64,000 nt of DNA from NCBI RefSeq assembly GCF_963921235.1, contig NC_086097.1:235168001-235232000 (forward strand). The letters run 5' to 3'. The notes beneath the pieces were generated by a model. That model worked only from the letters and a program-made list of their open reading frames with translations. It searched no databases and was not told the origin of the DNA. Origin of the DNA: Mobula hypostoma. Taxonomy: Eukaryota. The position numbers and the translations under genes were made by a program. Positions 50,631-63,780 of the stretch are shown one piece after another; the stretch's first letter is position 1; each line of letters opens with the position of its first letter.

Positions 50631-51414
50631 AAGTTTCAAGATCATTGGAGAAAACAGACATTTAGCTTGTCGAGTGAGTTTGGGTTGGGACCCAAAAGGC
50701 AGAAGTTGATTATTACCCATAAGGCAGAATTTCATATTCTTCTCTGAACTCTGAATGGAAGACAGAAGACAAAGACTCCTCTGGTACTGACAGGACATTG
50801 CAAGGTCATTACAACAGAAGAGCAGATGATCAGTTCAGAGCTCTGACTGGCCTGGAACTCCATTCTATTACATTATTAAAACTAAACCAATGCCATGTAA
50901 CTACAAGTCCACACACCTGAAAAAAGGGGGTGCAGAAATTTAATTATATCCCATAATTGACTTAGTTTTAACACAAATCTCAAAACCATTTCACTGCAAT
51001 TCAAATGCAGAAATTAGTAACTAAACGTTATTAAATCTCACCAAAGAAAACAACATGTATGGGACACCAAACACGAGGAATTCTGCAGATGCTGGAAATT
51101 CAAGCAGCACACATCAAAGTTGTTGTATGGGACACCAGTGTCTTGTGATTGGATACTTGATGTTTTTGTAGATCGTTTAAAGACTTACGTCAAACATTCT
51201 TTGAATTTAAACTGGCCCGGATGCAGGGAAGGGATGGCACGGTATCGTGGTGGTTAGCACAATATTTTACTGTACCAGCAAGCTGGGTTCTATTACAACT
51301 GCTGTCTGTAAGGAGTTTGTACTTTCTTCCCATGACCGCATGGGTTTCCTCCAGGTGCTAACGTTTCCTCCCGCAGTCTAAAGACGTACCAGTTAGTAGA
51401 TTAATTGGTTGACG

Positions 51415-52008
51415 GAAACCCAGTGGTCACACATTTTAATTCCACATCCCATTCCCATTCTGACATGTCTATCCACGGCCTCCTCTACTGTAAAGATGAG
51501 GCCACACTCAAGTTGGAGAAGCAACACCTTATATTCCGTCTGGGTAGCCTCCGACCTGATGGCATGAACATCGACTTCTCTAACTTCCGCTAATGCCCCA
51601 CCTCCCCTCGTACCCCATCTGTTACTTACTTTTATACACACATTCTTTCTCTCACTCTCCTTTTTCTCCCTCTGTCCCTCTGATTATACCCCTTGCCCAT
51701 CCTCTGGGTTCCCCCCCGCCTCTTGTCTTTCTTCCCGGACCTCCTGTCCCATGATCCTCTGGTATCCCAATCACCTGTCCAGGTCTTGGCTCCATCCCTC
51801 CCCCTCCTGTCTTCTGCTATCATTTTGGATCTCCCCCTCCAACTTTCAAATCTCTTACTCACTCTTCCTTCAGTTAGTCCTGACGAAGGGTCTCGGCCTG
51901 AAATGTCGACTGTACCTCTTCCTAGAGATGCTGCCTGGCCTGCTGCGTTCACCAGCAACTTTGATGTGTGTTGCTTGAATTTCCAGCATCTGCAGAATTC
52001 TTGTTGTT
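51415..52008 (+). mobile_element. Penelope-like element 3' part (GIY-YIG C-terminus, UTR/pLTR)
   Basis: PVVTHFNSTSHSHSDMSIHGL..LEKQHLIFRLGSLRPDGMN* is a typical PLE endonuclease end; inserted into a V-SINE. Confidence 0.88.
51876..51911 (+). ncRNA. Minimal type I hammerhead ribozyme motif
   Basis: AGTC-CTGACGA-AGG(loop)CCT-GAAA-TGTC-GACT: core boxes plus stem I (AGTC/GACT) and a short stem II. Confidence 0.7.
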
Positions 52009-53943
52009 TGGTATTTCTATGCAAGCTGCATCACAAGTTGTCAACAAATTGGATATTTATTTTGATTCAGCAAGATATAGAAACAGTAGAGCACGTATGT
52101 TTCCTCCAGTATCATCCAAATGGACAAACACTCAATTTGAATTTGCATCTCTGTCTTGCAAATTTTTTTGCTGGGACTCTGTACAATTATAATCTGAGCC
52201 TGGATGCAGATCCGATGTCCTGTGCATATAATGTCAGCTATATGCTGTTTCAGTATAACATATTATTAGACTTGGAATCTCCACAGAATTTACAAAGGTC
52301 CCAATCTTAATTCAGATTAAAGAAGTCTGCATTATATATTGCAAGTATGATCTGAAGAGCAGATTTTTTATCTCTGCAGTCACAAATACCAAACACCACA
52401 TAAGAGGCCTCTTCCATTTAACAGTGCGCAGTAGGTTATTTTTAATTCAGGGCTTCATTGCTATATTACTCTTGTTCGCTGAAAGCCAGGAATTAAAACT
52501 TGGAGCCTTAATGGTGGAGCTCTTAACTTGCTCTGAATAACAAGGTCCGTAACCAAATTCATTGAGAAAGACAAGATTATTTTTCTCAGTTTTGAAGGTG
52601 CAACCATAGAAGTGCATTGGGGAGGTAGATTTATGCATTGCATGTTCAATTTGGACCTAATTTCTTGTCATTAGTTGTGTAATTATCCGTACGCACCCAC
52701 TGAAAACACTTCCAAATGAAAAGTATATTCCGTACAGAATTTTGCAGATTCCTTCTTCCACATGGGGGGACCATATCCAGGAAATATCCTGGAGTCTACA
52801 GAAGCTTCCTGACCTGCTGAGTTCATCCAGCACTTTGTGTGCATCCCTCAAGATTTCCAGCATCTGCCGAATCTCTTGATTAATATTGCTGGTTATGAAA
52901 ATGTTGATGTTTACAACAATGAACATATTTCAAGAAATACAGGAGGGGCATCCTCCATCTAAAAACATTTGCTGTTAAGTGAACACTACAAAGATTAAGT
53001 TGATAAGCAGCGAGCTGTAGAGCATCATTTAACACGAAGAAACAGCAATCATCCCAATTCTGGTTTTGATCACTCAGAGGGTTTGTGCCTGACATTTTTA
53101 TTCACATCTCAGTACGGAGGATAAAGCTATTCCCCTATTTTTTGTATCATGTTCCTTTCCCAAAAGTCACAAAGACTACTATGTCGTTACATGGCACTTC
53201 TAAAGCAACCAGGAGGTCTGCAGATCGATTCTAAAATGAATTTCATGCTCCACTTCATTCCTTACAGATGGAAACTTTCTGCGCACATTTATAATTCATC
53301 AGATAAGGGGTCTTTCAATAGGAATATTAAAATGCTAATTCATGATTAAAAACCCACATTAAGTTAACAAACAGCAATGTAAATTTTTTAACCCATATGT
53401 CTACTGATTTAGCAAGTCCAATATACAGCTTATAGAAAACTTCCTTCAAATACAAGATATTGCTCCACCTAACTTACATATTTCATTATCCTTTGACTTT
53501 CCTGGGGGCATTGCACTATAATCCATGAATCTTAATAAATATTGATCCTTCCTGGTGTCTAAAACTCATCCAGTAGCTTCCAATGTCCCTTAAAGATTGT
53601 GGTAGACTCACTTGCACAGATGTATCCTTTATCCATTGACCCCTCTGTTGCTGAGAAATGTCACCGAAATTTCCTGGTAATCTTACTCATCCCAAAGTTA
53701 TAGGTCCCTGCTCTGGAAAGAACATAAAATAGTGAACTTTTTGGCTTGTCTGAACTTTCAAAATAGATTTTTCTTTAATCAACATCTCCTCCTTTCCTCA
53801 GGAGAGAGAGGGAGAAACAAATTCAGACCAGAATTGCTTCTCAGTTCTTTGGTAACCAATCTCACAAAGTTCCTTGTGCAATCAAGAACTTAAAATCATC
53901 TCAAGAGGACATTCCAAGTTTATTGGCTACACTACTCCAGACA

Positions 53944-54531
53944 TTAGTCATTAGTCATACTTTATTGATCCCGGGGGAAATTGGTTTTCGTTACAGTTGC
54001 ACCAGAAATAATAAATAGTAATAGAACTATAAATTGTAATATGTAAATTATGCCAGTAAATTATGAAATAAGGCCAGGACCAGCCTATTGGCTCAGGGTG
54101 TCTGACCCTCCAAGGGAGGAGTTGTAAATTTTGAAGGCCACGGGCAGGAATGACTTCCTATGACGCTCTGTGCTGCATCTCGGTGGAATGAGTCTCTGGC
54201 TGAATTTACTCCTGTGCCCACCCAGTACATTATGTAGTGGATGGGAGACATTGACCAAGATGGCATGCAACTTAGACAGCATCCTCTTTTCAGACACCAC
54301 CGTGAGAGAGTCCAGTTCCATCCCCACAACATCACTGGCCTTACGAATGAGCTTGTTGATTCTGTTGGTGTCTGCTACCCTCAGCCTGCTGCCGCAGCAC
54401 ACAACAGCAAACATGATAGCACTGGTAAATACAGACTCGTAGAATATCCTCAGCATCATCCGACAGATGTTAAAGGACCTCAGTCTCCTCAGGAAATAGA
54501 GACGGCTCTGACCCTTCTTGTAGACAGCCTC
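53944..54531 (-). mobile_element. Young Rex1/Babar-like 3' portion
   Basis: ORF 54085-54459 near-identical to the C-terminus of 21704-22555. Confidence 0.9.
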
Positions 54532-55496
54532 TGGTCATAATAATGGAGAGGACAAGATGAAAAGCTTCTCATTATCTCATATGTAACTACTTATAATTTT
54601 AAAGTTAAAACTTTACATCTGTAATGTGAATTTTATGGCGTTGTACTCACATTGTAGAAACATAAATTATTCTGTTAATGCGAGGCTGGTTATTGTATAG
54701 CCCAATGTTTTCTGTGCTTGTCTATAAGCTGAGAGCTCTAGACGCATAGTGTCAGTTAATGATTTGCTAGTAACCCATGATTATTCTCCAATTTTGGAAT
54801 GTATGTAGACACCGGAACACCCAGAGAAAACCCACATGGTTACAGGTAGAATATGCAAACTCCTTCAGAATTAGAATCAGGTTTATTTGGCAATTCCTGT
54901 ATATCTTGGTGCATATTTCGCATTGGCTTATCTCTCCAAACTGGAACAGTTTAACTTTACTGGGCTGTGTCAATTTTTGGCCCACCATAAGCAGATGAGC
55001 CAATCACTGAACGTGTGCTTCATGGTGGTTTCATCACTAAGTGAGAGAAGAAAGAACAGATGCTTTGAAAAGGTATCAACCACTGATCCCTCTATGAGAA
55101 TGCCTGACTGTCATGATAACTGCAGTATCACCATATAATAATGACGTGCATTAGAACAAGTAAAAAATCTATAAGGTACCTCTTAGTATATATGAAGGCA
55201 CCTATCTGGTCAATAGCAACAGTGACCAAGTACCTGCATATCTACTGAAAGTTACCTTAAAGATTTTTATTTGTTCTGATGCATTTCATTTCGTATACAA
55301 GACTGACAATTATGCCTCCAGAAGTGGCAAAGTGTCAGATCTATTTTTATTTAAATTCACCCCCCTAACCTCTACACTTTCTTCAACTTAATATATTGGG
55401 TATATTCAAGGCAGAGGTTGTTAGATTCTTGATTAGTCAGGGTATGAAGGGATATGGGGAGAAGGCAGGAGAGGGAAAAGAACCAGCTATGATATA

Positions 55497-56066
55497 TAAC
55501 CATACAATTACAGCACAGAAACAGGCCATCTTGTCCCTTCTAATCTGTGCCGAACTCTTACTCTCACCAAGTCCCACTGACCTGCACTCAGCTCATAACC
55601 CTCCATTCCTTTCCTGTCCATATAACTATCCAATTTAACTTTAAATGACAACCAACATCGAACCTGCCTCAACAACTTCTGCTGGAACCTTGTTCCACAC
55701 AGCTACCACTCTCTAAGTAAAGAAGTTCCCACTCATGTTTCCCCTAAACTTTTGCCCCTTAACTCTCAACTCATGTTCTCTTGTTTGAATCTCCCCCACT
55801 CTCAATGGAAAAAGCCTATCCACGTCAACTCTATCTATCCCCCTCAAAATTTTAAATACCTCTATTAAGTCCCTCCTCAACGTTCTACGCTCCAAAGAAT
55901 AAAGACCCAACTTGTTCAACCTTCCTCTGTAACTTAGGAGATGAAACCGAGGTTAACATTCTAGTAAGTCTTCTCTGTACTCTCTCAATTTTGTTGACAT
56001 CTTTCCTATAATTCAGTGACCAGAACTGTACACAATTATAATTCGGTGACCAGAATTGTACACAAT
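55497..56066 (-). mobile_element. 5'-truncated CR1 nested in a + strand CR1 3' end
   Basis: ORFs 55713-55919 and 55885-56097; host CR1 at about 55395-55493 resumes near 56065. Confidence 0.85.
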
Positions 56067-56449
56067 GATGAAATGGTGTAACAGACTTGATGGACATTAT
56101 GGCCTATATCTTATGGTCTTAACCATAAGGTGGAAAACATCAAATTCAAGATTAAGAAAAGGGAGTTCTAATGCAGCTGCCTACAATGATAATACCTACC
56201 ATGAATTAGATTCGCATAGCTTTATTTGTCCCATGAACATTGAAGTATACAGCGAAATGCATAATTTACATCAAATCATATTAGCGTGGATTGTGCTGGA
56301 GGCCACCTGCGAGTGTTTCCATGCCTCCATTGTCAGCATAGCATGCCCAGAACTCACTAACCCTTACCGTAAGTCTTTGGAATGTGGACAGACACCGGAG
56401 CAGCTGGAGAAAATCCACGTGGTCACAGGTAGAATGTACAAACTCCTTC

Positions 56450-57655
56450 AGAATCAGAATCAGGCCACACATGGTAATCAAAGCTATAAATTACAGTAAG
56501 ATATATATGTAAGTAAGTTAAATAAGTAATACAAAAAAATACAGAAGTAGCATTCATGGGTTAATTGCCCATTCAGAAGTTGCTACTGAAATGTTGAGTG
56601 TGTGCCTTCAGGCTCCTGTACCTCCTTCCTTCCTGTCGAGGGAGGTCCTTAATGATCGATGCTGCCTTTCTGAGGTATCACCTTTAGAAGATGTGCTGGA
56701 TGCTGAGGAGGCTGGCTGACCTTACAAATTTCTGCAGCTTCAGTTGATCCTGTACAATGCCCCCTCCATTTCTGATGGTGATGCAACCAGTTAGAATGCT
56801 CTCCACTGTAGTTCTGTAGCAGTTTACGAGTGTCTTTGACGACATAACTGATTCTCCTCATACTCCTAATGAAATATAGCTGCTGTTGTGCCTTCTTTGT
56901 AATTGCATCAATATGCTGGGCCGAGGATAGATCTTCAGAGATGTAGACACCCAGGAACTTGAAACTGCTCACCCTTTCCATTTCTGATCCCTCGATGAGG
57001 ACCGGTATGTGTTCCCACAACTTCCCCTTCCTGAAGTCTATAATCAATTCCTTAGTCTAACTGACATTGAGCACAAGGCTGTCGCAACAGGTCTCAACCA
57101 GATGATCTTTCTTGCTACAGTACTCTTCTGCCAACAATAGTTGTGTCACTAGCAAATTGTAGATGGTTTTTGAGCCGTGCCCAGTCACACAATCGTGGGT
57201 GTAGAAGGAGTAGAGTATTGGGTGAAACATACATCTCTGAGGTGTGCCAGTGTTGATTGTCTGTGAGGAGGAGATACAATTTCCGATCTGTACAGTCTGT
57301 GGTCTCCTGGCGAGGAAGTCAATGATCCAGTTGTAGAGGGTGGCACAGAGGCCCAGTTTTGAAGTTTTTGATTGGAACTGAGGGCATGGATGTGTTGAGC
57401 ACTGAGCTGTAGTCAATAAACAGCAGGCTGATGTAGGTATTACTAATGTCTAGGTGTTCAAGGCAGAATGGAGAGCCAGTGAAATTGAATCTGCTGTACA
57501 CCTATTGTGTTTATAGACAAATTATATTGGGTCCAGGTGTTTTCTTAGGCAAGAATTGATTCTAGCCATGACCAACATCTCAAAGCACTTCATCAGGTAG
57601 ATGTGAGTGTCACTGAGCAATTGTCACTGAGGCAGTTCACTCTGCTCTTCTTGTC
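56450..57655 (-). mobile_element. Older Rex1/Babar-like RT fragment
   Basis: LLFIDYSS, NWIIDFL, GTPQ, FKFLGVYISEDLS motifs. Confidence 0.85.
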
Positions 57656-58999
57656 CTTACGGACAGCAGTGAGAATCAAACTCCATGCCACCTGAGCATT
57701 CAAGTCAGCCTAACCTATATAACATTATTAATAAATGTGATCTTTCATTCATAAATCTATGTTGTTTGTTTAAATCTATGTCTCTCAGAATGATATCTTT
57801 AAGTGTCACTCGGCATTGTATGAGACAATTGTATCAAGATGATTAGAAGATTATTGGGATGGTCATGAGCCTCCAATTAGTTGGTTTGCATCTTTTGAAA
57901 ATGCAAAGATGAAAATTCTATTTATTTATTTATTGAGATGTGATGAAGAATAGTCCCTTTCAGATCTTCAAGTGTGCTGCCCACTAACCCTTAATTTAAC
58001 CCTAGCCTAATCATAGGACAATTTACAAAGACCAGATAACCTACCAACTGGCATGTCTTTGGACTATGGGAAGAAACTGGAGCACCCAGTGGAAACATGG
58101 AAAACGTATAAACTCCTTACAGACAGCGATGGGAATTGAACCTGGGTCATCAATTGAACCTCTGAACACTAGGAGCCCTGATGAAGGGTCTCGGCCTGAA
58201 ATGTTCAATTGTTTACTCTTTTCCATAGATGCTGCCTGGCCTGCTGAACTCCTCCAGCATTTTATTCGTTCAGTAATGGTAATCTGGTTTGTGATTGTGG
58301 TTCTACCATGAAAACTTATTCCAAACTCGAGATTCTACTTTACTTATTTCACTGGTACATGGAGCTTAGAAAAATAGAGGGCTAAGGGTAAGCTTAGTAA
58401 TTTCTAAGATAGGGACATGTTCGGCACAACTTTGTGGGCTGAAGGGCCTGTATTGTGTTGTAGGTTTTCTATGCTTCTATGTTATTACTTAGAGTGGGCA
58501 ACCACTTCCACTACTTTTCTATGCTCGGAGATAATTGTTTACGGCTCAATTTTTGAACAGTTCTCACATGCTCAGAGTTACTGCATAAGAATTAAGAGCA
58601 GAAATATCTCATCTGGCCCTTCACGACTGCTCCATCATTTTTCAAGATCAGGGTAACATTCTACTTCAGCCACATTTTCTTCTAGTAATCATATATCTTT
58701 TTATTCCTTTAATATCCAAACATCTTCTATTTAGAATGAAATCAATGAGCAGGCCTCCACAGAATTCCAAAGGTTCACCATCCATTGTCTATACACTGTA
58801 CTTATTCTCAACAACACAGAGAAAGGCCATTCAACCCATCTGATCCTTGCTGACCTCCAGCAGTGCAGTTCCACAGTCGCTCTCCCCTCTCCTTATTTTT
58901 AACCCGGAAGAAATTCAGGAAACTGTGAGAACATGGCTGTAGGAAGAAAAACAGCAAGCTGGAATTAAAAGCACCATGATAGGGGAAATATTACAAAAA

Positions 59000-60162
59000 G
59001 TCATAGAGCATTACAACACAGAAGCAGACATTGTGGTCCATCTAGTCCATATCAAACTTGTCCCATCGACCTGCACCTGGACCATAGCCCTTCATTCTCC
59101 TCCCATCCAAACTCTCTTAAATGTTGAAAGCAAACCCACATCTACCACTCCGCTCAAAGCTTATTCCATACTCTCACAACCCTCTGAGTGAAGAAGTTCC
59201 CGCTCATGTTCCTCTTAAGCATTTCACCTTTCACCCTGAATATACGACCTCTAGTTCTAATCTCACCAAACCTCAGTGGAAAAAGCCTTCTTGCATGTAC
59301 CCTATCCAAACCCCAAATATATTTATATACCTCTATCAAATCCCCACTCATTCTCTTCTGCTACAGGGAATAAAGTCCTCACCTATTCAACCTTTCCCTT
59401 TAACTCAGGTCCTCAAGCCCTGGAAAGTGGTCAAAAGAGTCATTTTAAATAAAATTACAAATAGCTTCTAAAGGGAAATAGAGGGCAACAGACTCACCAC
59501 CTTCTCCTGGTCAGAACTCATTGAGATTTTTACGTAGTGCTGATCAAACAAAGTCCAGGAATTTGAGACCTCCCACTCAATGGTCCAACTAACATCTGGG
59601 AATAACAATAAGGGAGAAGCAGCCTTTCTCTCTGAAATGTCATTTCACCCACTAAAAAATTGTATTTGACTACAATCAGAGAAGGATGATATGGTCAATC
59701 AAAAAAGAGTCCAGAGAATATTGACAAAGTTGTTGCTGTGTCTGGAGGTCTAGGGTTATAAGGAAAGATTGAATAGGTTAGGACATTATTCCTAGGAACA
59801 TAGAAGATTGAGGGGAGATTTGATAGAGGTATACAAAATTATGAGGAGTATAGATAGGGTAAATGCAAGCGGGCTTTTTCCACTGAGGTTGGAAGGGACT
59901 ACAACTAAATGTTATGGGTTAAGGGTGAAAGGTGAAAAGTTTAAAGGGAGACTTCTTCACTCAGTGGGTCATGAGAGTGTGCAACACGCTGCTAGTACAA
60001 GCTTAATTTCAATGTTTAAGGGAGGTTTGGATAGTTACATGGATAGTAGGTGTAAGGTGGGTTATGGACCCGGTGCAGGTCAAAGGGAGTAGGCAGTTTA
60101 AATGGTTTGGCACGGACTAGACAGCCGAAAGGCCTGTTTCTGTGCTTGCTTTTCTATGATTC
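59000..60162. mobile_element. Two CR1 3' fragments (- at 59000-59422, + at 59700-60162)
   Basis: GDLIEVYK motifs in ORFs 59154-59351 and 59808-60092. Confidence 0.8.
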
Positions 60163-60792
60163 TGTCAACAAAATTTATTTTCTCTGAATTGTTCCCAATG
60201 TGTACAGGTTTTATCTTCTAGCACAGAAGAATAAAGAGAAGGGAAAATGTTTTTCCCTGTCACCTGCAATAGTAACATTATTCTAATCTCTCAACCTCAA
60301 AATTATTTCCACAAGAATGAGGAGGTCATTACTAAAACCCCTTTTATCACTTATGTACAGCTGGAAGTAATTCGATTACTGACCCAATGTATCTGTATGA
60401 ATGTAGGGAAGAGTTCAGTTCTGCAAGAGTATGCCTTGAACAGATCCTAGTTCTTGTAAGATGGTTCCACAATGGTCATTTTCTGGAGTAGAGTCCTAAG
60501 TCATGTCAGGTTGGGTGGAAGGTATGCTGCGAAGAGGACGTCAACCAGAACCAGAAGAGGAATCTAATAAATAATAATAAATAATAAAAATAATAACAAA
60601 GTGTGCCATGGTGATGTAAAGGTTAGCACAACACTCTTTCAGCTTGGGGTGATACAGAGTTTGGAATTCAATTCCAGTGACATCTGTAAGGTTTCCTCAC
60701 TCTCACCATGACCCTGTGGATTTTGTTCAGGTGCTCCAGTTTCCTCCCACATTCCATAGATATACCAGTTAGCAGGTTATTAGAACATTGTA

Positions 60793-61255
60793 TGTTTTAT
60801 GACTTCATAAACATTAAATTAATTCAAAAGAGAACACCAGAGTCCAAAATGCGAGTCTAACTTCAAGTTTACTTTAAGCAAGGCACGCACTTATCACATA
60901 GTAGCATGATGACTTATGCAATTCACATATTTATGAGAAAGAATACTTAATCAATCAAGCAATATATATTTATACACACACACAAATTACCCTCCTCTGT
61001 CTGTAAGGAGCTTGCACGTTCTCCACGAGACCATGTGTGTTTCCTCTGGGTGCTCTGGTTGCCTCCCGCAGTCCAAAGACGTACCAGTTGGTAGTTTAAC
61101 AGATCATTGTAAATTGACCCATGATTAGGTTAAATCAGGTGTTGCTGGGCAGCGTGGATCGAAGGGCCGGAAGAGCCTAGTCTGCCCTGTATATCAAATA
61201 AACAATAAATTTAAAAAGATTACTCAAATATTAATGAAATATTGAATACACAACA
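60793..61255 (-). mobile_element. Putative AT-rich solo LTR inside a V-SINE, itself holding another V-SINE (about 60990-61215)
   Basis: TGTT...AACA ends; flanks ATTGTA/ATCGTA; outer V-SINE sequence resumes after 61255. Confidence 0.6.
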
Positions 61256-62004
61256 ATCGTAACTTGTCCTGTGATTTAGTTAATGTTAAATAGGTGGGAT
61301 GCTGGGTGGTGCGGCTCGTTGGGCAGAGGGTCTGTCCAACACTGTGTCTCTGAATTATAAAAAAGTAAAATATCATTATTCCTATTGACCATCTGGACAA
61401 GTTTCCAACAATGCATTAGATTTCTAGGCAAAGAAAGATATTCTCAATGAATCTGGGGGTAAATTGCAATAAACTAGAGGAACAGGATTAAAGAAAGATC
61501 CTAAAGTATATCAAGTCCAGAAAGGCAGACAACAAACGATGTTCTTAATTCTGTTGCATTCTTTTCCATTCCTAACAACACAAAGTGGATATGAAAGCTG
61601 ACAACAGTGTGGAACATTCTCAGTAGAGCAGAAATTTGGCAAGATTCCATTGGGAATTGCCCAGGTCTAACGTTTGTATTTAAAGTGAGTGCTGAATACC
61701 CTAACGACACTTCAGTCTGGATTCGGCCAATTTCTGATTTAAGTTTGCTGTGGACTGGTAGGTGTTGGCAGTATATGCATCCATCTCTTTGCATATCAGA
61801 TAATTATTTCTATGGAGAAGGTTTTAAATATTTTGAAACATTGGGGTGTCAACTATTTCAGTGACAGGCTTGGATGGAATTTGTGAACTGTTACAAAGAG
61901 GTGCACTGTTTGTGGGTCTTTTCCTGGTGCCTGGAATGGTGTAACAATGATTGTGCAACAGGACTGGCACAATCTAGCTGTCTGTTCAGGATACAGTATA
62001 TTGT

Positions 62005-62310
62005 GTTGGCACATAGCCAAGTGGTTAAGGCATCGGTCAAATGATTTGAAGGTTGCTAGTTTGAGCCTTGGCTGAGGCAGCGTGTGTGTGCCTGAGCAAG
62101 GCACTTAACAACACGTTGATCTGCGACGACACCGGTGCCAAGCTGTATGGGTCCTAATGCCCTTCCCTTGGACAACATCGGTGGCGTGGAGAGGGGAGAC
62201 TTACAGCATGGGAAACTGCTGGTTTTCCATACAACCTTGCCCACGCCTGCGCCCTGGAAACCTTCCAAGGCGCAAATCCATGGTCTCACGAGATTAATGG
62301 ATGCCTACAT
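62005..62310 (+). mobile_element. tRNA-derived SINE
   Basis: A-box TAGCCAAGTGG, B-box-like GTTTGAGCC, central TGAGCAAGGCACTTAA motif and an unrelated 3' body. Confidence 0.7.
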
Positions 62311-62515
62311 TGTTCTGCCTGCTTTGATTTTTTAATTTTTAATTTTTTTTAATATTTGAGAAATAAAGGCCCTTTCAGCCCAATGAGCCCAATTACATCT
62401 ATGTGACCAATTATCCTACTAACTCATATGTTTTTGGAACGTAGGAGGAAACCTAAACACCCAGAAGAAGCACAAGCGGTCATGAGGAAAACATAGAAAT
62501 TCCTAATAGACATAG

Positions 62516-63780
62516 AGCTGCTCCGGCCTCTGGTCAGGCCACACTTAGATCCCCTCCAGTTCGCCTACCAGCCCTGACTAGGAGTTGAGGATGCCATCAT
62601 CTACCTGCTGAACCGTGTCTACGCCCACCTGGACAATCCAGCGAGCACTGTGAGGGTCATGTTTTTTGATTTCTCCAGTGCGTTCAACACCATCTGCCCT
62701 GCTCTTCTGGGGGAGAAGCTGACAGCGATGCAGGTGGATGCTTCCCTGTTATCATGGATTCTTGATTACCTGACTGGCAGACCACAGTACGTGTGCTTGC
62801 AACACTGTGTGTCCGACAGAGTGATCGGCAGCACTGGGGCTCCACAGGGGACTGTCTTGTCTCCCTTTCTCTTCACCATTTACACTTCGGACTTCAACTA
62901 CTGCACAGAGTCTTGTCATCTTCAGAAGTTTTCGGATGACTCTGCCATAGTTGGATGCATCAGCAAGGGAGATGAGGCTGAGTACAGGGCTCCGGTAGGA
63001 AACTTTGTCACATGGTGTGAGCAGAATTATCTGCAGCTTAATGTAGAAAAGACTAAGGAGCTGGTGGTAGACCTGAGGAGAGCTAAGGTACCGGTGACCC
63101 CTGTTTTCATCCAGGGGGTCTGTGTGGACATGATGGAGGATTACAAATACCTGGGGATACCAATTGACAATAAACTGGACTGGTCAAAGAACACTGAGGC
63201 TGTCTACAAGAAGGGTCAGAGCCGTCTCTATTTCCTGAAGACTGAGGTCCTTTAACATCTGCCGGACGACGCTGAGGATGTTCTATGAGTCTGTGGTGGC
63301 CAGTGCTATCATGTTTGCTGTTGTGTGCTGGGGCAGCAGGCTGAGGGTAGCAGACACTAACAGAATCGACAAACTCAGGCCATTGATGTTGTGGGGATGG
63401 AACTGGACTCTCTGATGGTGGTGTCTGAAAAGAGGATGCTGTCTAAGTTGCATGCCATCTTGGACAATGTCTCCCATCCACTACATAATGTACTGGGTGG
63501 GCACAGGAGTACATTCAGCCAGAGACTCATTCCACCGAGATGCAGCACAGAGCGTCATAGGAAGTCATTCCTGCCTGTGGCCATCAAACTTTACAACTCC
63601 TTCCTTGGAGGGTCAGACACCCTGAGCCAATAGGCTGGTCCTGGACTTACTTTATAATTTACTGGCATAATTTACATATTACTATTTAACTATTTATGGT
63701 TTTATTACTATTTATTATTTATGGTGCAACTGTGACAAAAACCAGTTTCCCCCGGGATCAATAAAGTACTACTACTACTG
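62516..63780 (+). mobile_element. Young Rex1/Babar-like LINE, 5'-truncated, inserted in a minus-strand V-SINE
   Basis: ORF 62650-63255: FDFSSAFNTI, GAPQGTVLSP, KFSDD; AATAAA plus (ACT)n tail; SINE halves at 62350-62515 and 63781-63840. Confidence 0.92.

Noticed and set aside
51693..52310. 205-aa ORF
   Set aside because: Runs through the pyrimidine-rich Penelope UTR, which is poor in stop codons; no protein features.
61607..61864. 85-aa ORF in unique DNA
   Set aside because: GTG start, no homology recognised and no clear splice context.
62005..62075. tRNA gene
   Set aside because: Degenerate B-box, no clean cloverleaf, and it continues into a SINE body.
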